Positions 28,676 to 35,443 of a stretch of DNA of 35,443 nucleotides are shown here, piece after piece. A program made the position numbers and the translations under genes. Under the pieces are notes generated by a model. That model saw only the letters and a program-made list of their open reading frames with translations. It was not told the DNA's origin and did not search any database. Every line of letters starts with the position of its first letter. The stretch's first letter is position 1. The DNA lies in the NCBI GenBank assembly GCA_045639225.1, contig JAZUCR010000551.1, forward strand, positions 1 to 35,443, read 5' to 3'. The stretch is from Victivallales bacterium (GTDB lineage Bacteria > Verrucomicrobiota > Lentisphaeria > Victivallales > UBA1829).

Positions 28676-29932
28676 TTATCTCAGCTTTTCGGAGGCGAAA
28701 CGGATCAGAGCGTCCCAGTTCTCCGGCGTGAAAGCGTGTCCGCCTTCCCGCAGGTAATAGCCGACCTGATCGCCGATCAGTTGTCCCGGCGGCGGCATCG
28801 TCGATGCACCCAATCCGGTTTTGCCGAAAATCTTCCAGGCCCGGGAGGCAGCAGCAGCCGCTTCGAACGAGCCCGGCGGATCGGCATACACATCATCGGT
28901 CCCGTCGGACACGTAAAGCAGACGCGGCGCGATCGCCGCCATCAGGAAATGCTGGTCGAAGGGGATCTCGCGGTCTTTACCGACCCATTGCTGGAATTTT
29001 ACGGGCAGCCAATGGGGATTCCACAGCTGGAGCCATTCGTAATTTTCACCGTAATACCGGCAGGCCGGTTTGGCGCCGCAGGTGCCGGACCCGTTGCTGA
29101 CCGTCAAAGCGATGCGCGTATCGTTGGCCCCGGCCCACAAGGCGGTCTTCCCGAGCCGGGAATGGCCGTGCACGATGATCTTCGTCCGGTCGATCTCCTC
29201 CTGCGCTTCCAGACAGTCGATGGCGCGGGAAATCCCCCAAGCCCAGGCGCTGATGGAGCCGAACGGGCGGTTCGGGGATTCCCATTCGCTCCGGTCGTAA
29301 AACAGCCGCATGATGCTGCGGTCGAAACTGTCCCGGCGGTCCGGACAGATATCGTGGAACATGATCGTGGCGGAAGCGAACCCCGCGCGCAGGGCTTTTT
29401 CGAAACACCAGCGGTCCTTTGCGATACCGCGTTCGTCTTCCCCTGCCCGGTTGTCGTTGAACCGGACCGTCCAGGTGTCCGGCCAGCGGGTGAAGGGATG
29501 AAACGTCACGCCGGGATCGTCGGTGCAGGCGTGATTGCCCTTGAAATTGAGTCCGAAGAAGACGGGGACTTTGCCGGTGCGTTTTGCCGGGATATAGAGC
29601 AGCAGATGGAGAACCAGTTCATCGCGGCGGTGCCGGCAGACGATATCGATCTCGCGGCGGACCGCCAGACCATCGAAAGCAGGCCCTTCGCTCCGGGGCC
29701 GGAAAACCAGTTCATCGCAGTGCGGCGGGATCGGACCGTACATGTTTTCGGTCATGATCCGGACGAGCTCGGGACGGATCCGGCCGAGGAATTCGTCGGC
29801 GGATACGGTATCGGAGAAAGGCAGTTCAGGCAGGCGGTAAGGAGGGATCCGGTCTGGTTCGATATTCATGCGGTCGGCGATCTGCTGGATTTCCGGCGGG
29901 AATTTTTCGGCTTCGAACTGATGCTTGGTCAT
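28676..29932 (-). CDS. Carbohydrate esterase family 15 (glucuronoyl esterase-like alpha/beta hydrolase)
   Basis: SAWAWGISRAID.L, nucleophile motif GHSRLGK, PFDQHFLMAAIAPR, and C-terminal REGGH. RBS GAAGGAG. Confidence 0.9.
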   Translation of the reverse strand: MTKHQFEAEKFPPEIQQIADRMNIEPDRIPPYRLPELPFSDTVSADEFLGRIRPELVRIMTENMYGPIPPHCDELVFRPRSEGPAFDGLAVRREIDIVCRHRRDELVLHLLLYIPAKRTGKVPVFFGLNFKGNHACTDDPGVTFHPFTRWPDTWTVRFNDNRAGEDERGIAKDRWCFEKALRAGFASATIMFHDICPDRRDSFDRSIMRLFYDRSEWESPNRPFGSISAWAWGISRAIDCLEAQEEIDRTKIIVHGHSRLGKTALWAGANDTRIALTVSNGSGTCGAKPACRYYGENYEWLQLWNPHWLPVKFQQWVGKDREIPFDQHFLMAAIAPRLLYVSDGTDDVYADPPGSFEAAAAASRAWKIFGKTGLGASTMPPPGQLIGDQVGYYLREGGHAFTPENWDALIRFASEKLR

Positions 29933-29951
29933 GGTCTTTCTCCTTCAGGGT

Positions 29952-29978
29952 AAAAAAAAGCCCCGTACAAGACGGGGC
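29952..29978 (-). terminator. Intrinsic terminator downstream of rpsO
   Basis: - strand GCCCCGT-CTTGT-ACGGGGC followed by T8. Confidence 0.85.
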
Positions 29979-30037
29979 GGAAAGTTTGCTTCGGCGATCC
30001 GGCAATAACAGGAACAGCTGCCGGAAAGGAAAAAAAC

Positions 30038-30310
30038 TTACATTCTGGAACCACGGATACCGAACTCATCAGCGAGCTCGAGATACTTGGCATGATTTTC
30101 TCCCGCGAGGTAACGCAGGAGGCGTTTGCGACGATTGACCAGAGCCATCAGACCGCGTCTGCTGCTGTGATCCTTTTTGTTGTCGCGCATGTGTTCCGTG
30201 ATTTCAGCGATACGGGCGGAAAGAAGAGCGATCTGAACTTCAGACGAACCGACATCGCCTTCTTTGCGGGCGTACTTACTAATGATTTCAGTTTTCTTTG
30301 CTTTTTCCAT
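30038..30310 (-). CDS. rpsO: 30S ribosomal protein S15
   Basis: MEKAKKTEIISKYARKEGDVGSSEVQIALL...KKDHSSRRGLMALVNRRKRLLRYL. 90 aa from ATG 30310 after GAAGGA. Confidence 0.97.
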   Translation of the reverse strand: MEKAKKTEIISKYARKEGDVGSSEVQIALLSARIAEITEHMRDNKKDHSSRRGLMALVNRRKRLLRYLAGENHAKYLELADEFGIRGSRM

Positions 30311-30350
30311 GATTCCTTCATTTCCTGTTTTTATTGCGAAAGCAGATTGT

Positions 30351-30378
30351 AATATATACCGAACTCTTTGTTTTACAA
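30351..30378 (-). promoter_or_regulatory. Putative rpsO promoter
   Basis: - strand TTGTAA-N16-TATATT, with an A/T-rich UP-like tract upstream. Confidence 0.55.
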
Positions 30379-30472
30379 GTCTTTTTTCAAAAAAAAATAA
30401 AAATTTTCCGTTTTTGAGGCGGCCGGACCGTCCCGCCGGCAGAGACGGCAGCACTGGTTTTCCGCGAACTTC

Positions 30473-30539
30473 AATCGGACGAATAGGATCCGGCTTCATC
30501 TGAAGATTCTGCCGTGGCAAGCGAATCGGACGAACAGGA
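30473..30539 (+). repeat. 16-bp direct repeat pair (51-bp period) in the rpsO/gntR intergenic region
   Basis: AATCGGACGAATAGGA (30473-30488) and AATCGGACGAACAGGA (30524-30539), 15/16 identical. Confidence 0.55.
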
Positions 30540-30632
30540 AAAATCGCGCTTTACCTGTAATGGCGGACTGCCGATCCCGTTTGGCCGGATCCGTTTTTTG
30601 GTAAAATTCTCTGAAAAAATGAAAAAGCAGGC

Positions 30633-30703
30633 TTGACAAACCATGATTGGATACTATATTTATGGTATTTTATTAGACGAAATTGTATATTGTCATTATA
30701 CAA
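30633..30703 (+). promoter_or_regulatory. gntR-operon promoter and candidate GntR operator
   Basis: TTGACA(30633)-N16-TATATT(30655). Palindrome TTGTATA-N7-TATACAA (30683-30703) in the 5' UTR. Confidence 0.6.
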
Positions 30704-30720
30704 AATTTTGAGAGAAGCAA

Positions 30721-31761
30721 ATGGGAAAGACAGAAAATCTATCAAAAGTTTCGAAGGTCAAGCACTATCTCTACGGATGCATCCGGCATTCGGACCGGAT
30801 GAACGATCTGCTGCCGGGGGAAGCGGAGCTGTGCCGGAAATTCGGATTTGCACGGGGGACAGTGCAGCGGGCAATCGACGAATTGATAAAAAGTAATTTC
30901 ATTCTGAAGAAACCCGGACGGCACGGACTTTATATCAATCTGGAGATGATAGATCTGGTCCCGGTTTCGATCGGCATCGTGATGAATAAAGGCATATCGG
31001 AAATCGTCTCCAGTTCGGCGGCCAATGCGTATGCGGGCTTCATCAAATCGATCACGGCCGATGCCGACACGGAATACATCTTTCACGACCTGCTGGAAAC
31101 CGATTTCGATTCGATCTACGATTCCGCCCGGGAAAACGGCGTGCAGGGTCTGCTGTGGATCTTATCCAATCGGGACGACCCGAAATGCATCGAGGTGTTC
31201 AATACGTTTGCGGAACGGAATTTTCCGGCAGCGGCGGTAGGGTTTTCCTATGACAGCAGCATTCCGGTGCCCTGCTGCAACACGGTGATGCGGGATTATG
31301 CCGAACTCGGGGAACGGCTGGCAGATTTCATCCATGCGAAAGGCTATTCGAACCCGCTGTTCATCGGACAGGATCAATGCATCATGAAGAATTTCATGGC
31401 CCGTTTCGGACGGGAAATCACCTGTTATACGGCAGAGACCGACCCGAACGGGGAGCTGGATGCCATTCTGGCCCGACAGGAATATGATTGTGCGATTTCA
31501 GGGGGCGGCCCGCGGCGTTACGCCATGCTGGCAAAAGCGATGAACCAAAGCACCTACACCAGATCGCTTCCGCTCATTCTCCGGAATTATCACATGACGA
31601 AACGGTTTAAGGCGGAAAATCCGGCTTTGAAAATCCAGGTGATGGACGAAATGTCCGCTCCGGCTTTCATGTTCAAATCGGGAGAGGCGGCGGGACGCAT
31701 GTTCCTGAAACTGCTGAAAAACCCGGCTTTGAAAATCAATAATCTGCTGCTGAAATCATAA
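30721..31761 (+). CDS. GntR-family regulator (winged HTH plus periplasmic-binding-protein-like effector domain)
   Basis: LPGEAELCRKFGFARGTVQRAIDEL...KPGRHGLYI, followed by a LacI/AraR-type C-terminal domain (IGIVM..., NTVMRDYAELGERLADFI). Confidence 0.88.
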   Translation: MGKTENLSKVSKVKHYLYGCIRHSDRMNDLLPGEAELCRKFGFARGTVQRAIDELIKSNFILKKPGRHGLYINLEMIDLVPVSIGIVMNKGISEIVSSSAANAYAGFIKSITADADTEYIFHDLLETDFDSIYDSARENGVQGLLWILSNRDDPKCIEVFNTFAERNFPAAAVGFSYDSSIPVPCCNTVMRDYAELGERLADFIHAKGYSNPLFIGQDQCIMKNFMARFGREITCYTAETDPNGELDAILARQEYDCAISGGGPRRYAMLAKAMNQSTYTRSLPLILRNYHMTKRFKAENPALKIQVMDEMSAPAFMFKSGEAAGRMFLKLLKNPALKINNLLLKS

Positions 31762-31782
31762 TCTTAAAAAACGGAAAGGGCC

Positions 31783-32658
31783 ATGACCATGCAGAAATGC
31801 ACCAACAATTTTATCCTCCCATCGTTCATTTCCTTGTCCTCCACAGCTCGAAGAGCGGAGGAGGATCATCATTCATCATTTGAGCGCAAAACGGGCCGTT
31901 TTACGCTCATAGAGCTCCTGGTCGTGATTGCGATCATTGCGATCCTGGCGGGAATGCTGCTGCCGGCACTGAATCATGCAAAACAGACAGCGCAGGCGAT
32001 CTCGTGCAAAAACAATGTCCGCCAGACCGGCGTTGCCTTTGCCTTTTATAAGGACGACTGGAAGAATTACTACTACGCACCGTACGGAGCGGGTTCGTCG
32101 CCGAACTACCAGGATCCGACCTTTCCTACCAGTTCGGTTCCCTCTTATGCGACCATTCTGCGGTGGAACGGGTATGTGAAAAACTGGAAAAGCATGCGGT
32201 GCGTCAGCGGTCCGGCGCCGCAGTACAAAGGCAAAACCGATGACATTTACGGCAACAATGAAGTTTTCGGGGTGCCCTACAACCGGAATTCCAACAATTT
32301 CGGCAAACGGTATGTTGAATGTTCGAACAAAGGATTCACCACCTCGGGCGGATACGGCACCGCCTTCACCGGCATTCCCCCCTCGGAAGTCCTTCAGGCT
32401 GCGTGCTCGATCAATGCCAATACCAGACTTCAGGGCGGGCTGGTCTCTTTTCAAGATACCTTCAGTGACAATATGAGCGCCAATTATGTCAATCTCGTTC
32501 ACAACAGCAAAGCCAACGCCGTGATGTGGGACGGTCATTGTTCCGAGGTCGAAAGAAGGGCCACGCGGATTTTTACTCCCAATTGCAGTCAGCTCAAACT
32601 GTATCCGGTCGTAAAGTATTATGAAAAAGGCGTAGTCCGTTACCGGGCGGCGCTTTGA
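31783..32658 (+). CDS. Prepilin-type N-terminal cleavage/methylation domain protein with canonical H-X9-DG motif (DUF1559-like)
   Basis: TGR|[42 protein letters not shown] and [14 protein letters not shown]. Leader of 37-39 aa. Confidence 0.92.
   Translation: MTMQKCTNNFILPSFISLSSTARRAEEDHHSSFERKTGRFTLIELLVVIAIIAILAGMLLPALNHAKQTAQAISCKNNVRQTGVAFAFYKDDWKNYYYAPYGAGSSPNYQDPTFPTSSVPSYATILRWNGYVKNWKSMRCVSGPAPQYKGKTDDIYGNNEVFGVPYNRNSNNFGKRYVECSNKGFTTSGGYGTAFTGIPPSEVLQAACSINANTRLQGGLVSFQDTFSDNMSANYVNLVHNSKANAVMWDGHCSEVERRATRIFTPNCSQLKLYPVVKYYEKGVVRYRAAL
31837..31865. repeat. REP-like GC-rich hairpin inside the pilin leader coding sequence
   Basis: TCCTCC-ACA-GCTC-GAA-GAGC-GGAGGA(GGA), encoding [10 protein letters not shown]. 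Flanked by TCATT/TCATC microrepeats. Confidence 0.45.
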
Positions 32659-32689
32659 TCATGACGGACCACTGATTGGAGAACCCGCT

Positions 32690-35443
32690 ATGAAAAGTCT
32701 GTCCGCATTATTTCTTTCAACCGTGTTTCTGTCTCTTTCCGGGGCCAATCTGATTCCGGGCGACACCAGTGCCGAAACCGAACGGGCCACCGCCGGAAAC
32801 GGGAAATTCGGAGCCATGGTCTATGGACATGGAAACGCCCGTCTCGCCTGGGACCGTTCGGCAGGCTTCGACGGGAAATCTTCGCTCAAGACCATGACCC
32901 CCGATGTTTTCAGTCTCAAAAAGAGCGTCAAGCTCCGGAAAGGCACCAGATACACCTTTTCTTTCTATGCGAAAGCGGGGCGTGACGGGGTCCGCGGACA
33001 GATCAACTGCGTCCCTTCCGATCTGCGGCAATGGCCGCTGCCGGGCGGCGGACGCAATATCGTGTTTACCACCGAATGGAAACGGTATGCCTTCACCTTC
33101 ACGGCAGCCAAAGATTCCCCGTATTCCGGGATTTACCGGGTGTTTGACAAGGATGCGGAGGTGAATTTCGATGCCTTCATGCTGGAACCAGGGGATAAGA
33201 CTTCCCCCTATCGCCCTGCTTCGAACTTTACGGTCGGCATCAGCTCGAACGAGATCCCCGGAAATATATTATATCTCCATGAACAGGTCGAACTTGCCGT
33301 TTCCGTGCGGCGGTTCGAAGGGAACGGCAAATGCTCGCTGAAGATCCATATCATCGACCATAAAGGGAAAACGCTTAAAAAATATGAAGTCACTCCGGTT
33401 TTCGATCAGGACGGCAGGTTGCGTTTCAAGCCGGATTTCAAACCCTCGCACCCCGGCTGGTTCAGAGTGGAAGCCGAAGCAGAGACAGCGGACGGAAAAA
33501 GCCGGGATGCCCGTTCGTATGTGGTGACTGTGCCGGCAGTTCCTGCGGAGAAATCCATCCCTCCGTTCTGCGGATTCTGTTCCCCGTTCACTCCCCGGGA
33601 GATATTTCAGCGCATGGGGGCAGGATGGCGGTATTACTCTCAGGAATTCAGTTATGCCATGTCGGAAAAAGGCAAAATCAAACTTTTCGGAATGGATTTC
33701 GTCAGAAAAGACAAGGAAGCCGGCTTGTCCGTCAAGCTGATGATCAACCTGCATCCGCCGATGCGTCTGATGAGTCCGGAAGAGAAAGCAGCAATGAAAC
33801 AATACGGGCTTTCACCCGTCCGCTTTGTCCCCGGAAAGAATGCCGATGAAGACTGGGAAAAATTTATGAAGGAACTGGTCGACAAGTATTGGAAATATGT
33901 CGATGTGTGGGAATTCGGCGGCGAACTGGATGCCCGTTTCGGACTGAACCCATATTACAAGAACAAATATCCTGATGATGTGAAAGGGGCATTTGCCATG
34001 GGACGGATCCCGGAACGCGTCGCGGAACTGATCCGGACCGGCGCCAGGATCATCCGGGAAAAAAAGCCCCATGCCCTGATCACGGCGATCCGGCCGTGCG
34101 ATGTGGACTGCAGGAATAAATTCTTTTTCAGTTCCGCCGTGTATGAACGGGTGCCGGGATGCTTGAACGCGTTCGGCATTGACTGTTATGCCCGGCCGCG
34201 CCGGATCGGTCCGAAGGAACCGCTTCCCGGACCGGTGACGGATCTGATCGGCCAGTATGGAGATGCCATGAAAACGCTCGGAAAATCTTCCCCTGGCAGT
34301 AAAGATGTCTTCATCTCCGAATTCGGATACGAGCTGATGCTGGATTCAGTCAACGACTTGACGCTGCTCAACCGTTATGCGGCCTGCCTTGCCCAGTCTC
34401 TGCTGATGGCGAGGGCGGCGGGATTCACCAGTCTGGCTTTCTATTCTTCCCTGGGAATGTGTGAAACGGCCAAATCCACTTATACTCACTGGATCGGAGA
34501 AAATCCGCTTCCGTCTGTGTCCACTTACTGCAATATCGCGCGTTTTCTCCGCAATGTGGATCGGGCGGAGTATTCGATCCCCACAACCGATACCGTCGCC
34601 TGCATCTACGGAAAATCGGACGGTTCCGCCTGCGGTGCCGTCTGGACTTGCAATCCGGAAAGTTCGCCTCTGATCGTTATGGACCAAGTCCGGACTTCCG
34701 ATATGAACGGCATTCCTGTGGAATTCAAATCCGAAAACGGGAAAATCCGTTTCTCCGCCGGATTCGAACCGGTCCTCTTTCATGTCAGGAATTATGCCGA
34801 GGCGAAAAAGATCCTCGGAAACATGAAATTCATCCGGAAAGATCCGCTGAAAATCGATTTCAGGATGAAGACACGCAATTCCGTCAAGATGTATCTCTCA
34901 TCCAAATCGGCGCAGCGGCCCACCCGGTGCCTGTTCTCTTTCAACGGCAGAAAATACGATGTGATCGTCCCGCCGTCTGAATATGCCGTTTTCGAACTTC
35001 CGCTGGAGCCCGGCCGGGAAAAAATCAGTCTGACGCTCGATTTCCCGGAAAACGGACAGCAGATGCAGCTGGAATACGATATCCCGAAAATCGCCGAAGT
35101 CCCGAAAATCGCCGGACCGTTCCCGGTCGATGCCGAGCCGAAAAAATGGAAAAAACTTCCCTCGATGATTTTCGATTCGACCGAACTGATCTACCCGATC
35201 GATGTATTCGGATGGCACGGCAGGGAAGACCTTTCGGTCCGGCTCAATCTCGCCCATGACGGAAAACACCTTTATATTTTCGCCGCGGTAAAGGATGATC
35301 TGCACTGCAACCGGCATTCGGGACAGGGTGTTTCCGCGGGTGATATTTTCCAGATCGCATTCGATCCCAAAACCAACACTTTCGGCACCGGGAAGGACGG
35401 CAGACGCCCGGATGACACCAATATCGCCCTGGCCCTTGCCGCA
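32690..35443 (+). CDS. Secreted multidomain clan GH-A (GH39-like) hydrolase with an N-terminal CBM4/9-like and a C-terminal CBM9-like domain; 3'-truncated by the window
   Basis: Absent from the ORF track, consistent with no in-frame stop before the window end. GGAGA RBS, then MKSLSALFLSTVFLSLSGANLIPG...YTFSFYAK...TTEWKRYAFTF. Later YVDVWEFGGELD, VFISEFGY, and DLSVRLNLAHDGKHLYIFAAVKDD...GDIFQIAFDP. Confidence 0.85.
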   Translation, partial: MKSLSALFLSTVFLSLSGANLIPGDTSAETERATAGNGKFGAMVYGHGNARLAWDRSAGFDGKSSLKTMTPDVFSLKKSVKLRKGTRYTFSFYAKAGRDGVRGQINCVPSDLRQWPLPGGGRNIVFTTEWKRYAFTFTAAKDSPYSGIYRVFDKDAEVNFDAFMLEPGDKTSPYRPASNFTVGISSNEIPGNILYLHEQVELAVSVRRFEGNGKCSLKIHIIDHKGKTLKKYEVTPVFDQDGRLRFKPDFKPSHPGWFRVEAEAETADGKSRDARSYVVTVPAVPAEKSIPPFCGFCSPFTPREIFQRMGAGWRYYSQEFSYAMSEKGKIKLFGMDFVRKDKEAGLSVKLMINLHPPMRLMSPEEKAAMKQYGLSPVRFVPGKNADEDWEKFMKELVDKYWKYVDVWEFGGELDARFGLNPYYKNKYPDDVKGAFAMGRIPERVAELIRTGARIIREKKPHALITAIRPCDVDCRNKFFFSSAVYERVPGCLNAFGIDCYARPRRIGPKEPLPGPVTDLIGQYGDAMKTLGKSSPGSKDVFISEFGYELMLDSVNDLTLLNRYAACLAQSLLMARAAGFTSLAFYSSLGMCETAKSTYTHWIGENPLPSVSTYCNIARFLRNVDRAEYSIPTTDTVACIYGKSDGSACGAVWTCNPESSPLIVMDQVRTSDMNGIPVEFKSENGKIRFSAGFEPVLFHVRNYAEAKKILGNMKFIRKDPLKIDFRMKTRNSVKMYLSSKSAQRPTRCLFSFNGRKYDVIVPPSEYAVFELPLEPGREKISLTLDFPENGQQMQLEYDIPKIAEVPKIAGPFPVDAEPKKWKKLPSMIFDSTELIYPIDVFGWHGREDLSVRLNLAHDGKHLYIFAAVKDDLHCNRHSGQGVSAGDIFQIAFDPKTNTFGTGKDGRRPDDTNIALALAA

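Noticed and set aside
30311-30345. Possible S15 autoregulatory leader RNA
   Set aside because: The predicted 5' UTR is only about 35 nt and A-rich, with no convincing structure.
30311-30520. 70-aa N-terminal extension of S15 in the ORF track
   Set aside because: S15 similarity starts at ATG 30310 with an RBS, and the extension spans the promoter and poly-A/T tracts.
35082-35114. Tandem TCCCGAAAATCGCCG x2 (IPKIAEVPKIAG)
   Set aside because: A small in-frame duplication in an interdomain linker with only two copies.
1-35443. CRISPR array, tRNA/rRNA, IS/integrase, or anti-phage defence role for the kinase
   Set aside because: No regularly spaced repeat array, RNA gene or recombinase motif was seen. 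The kinase has a TM-Cache sensor and housekeeping neighbours, not a defence-island context.

Overview
Gene-dense, GC-rich bacterial window. It most resembles Lentisphaerota (Victivallis-like) or a related PVC-superphylum genome; this is inferred from the DUF1559-type pilin-like genes, DUF4838, the gene style and a PPi-PFK. A few housekeeping genes (pfp-gatC-gatA, rpsO) and a Ser/Thr kinase with a Cache sensor sit among carbohydrate-utilisation clusters. The main pattern is a module that occurs three times: a transcriptional regulator (AraC, AraC, GntR), a type-IV-pilin-like N-methylation/H-X9-DG protein, and large secreted glycoside-hydrolase-like proteins. No SusC/SusD, TonB or ABC transporter is present, and none of the three pilins has the canonical Gly at -1. 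Other points: a 40-bp overlapping bidirectional promoter duplicated 7 kb apart, a recurrent TTGnnn-N16/17-TATATT promoter form, a REP-like hairpin inside a pilin leader, and a large CBM-GH-CBM9 ORF (32690 to the window end) that the ORF track misses. No rRNA, tRNA, CRISPR array or transposase was seen.
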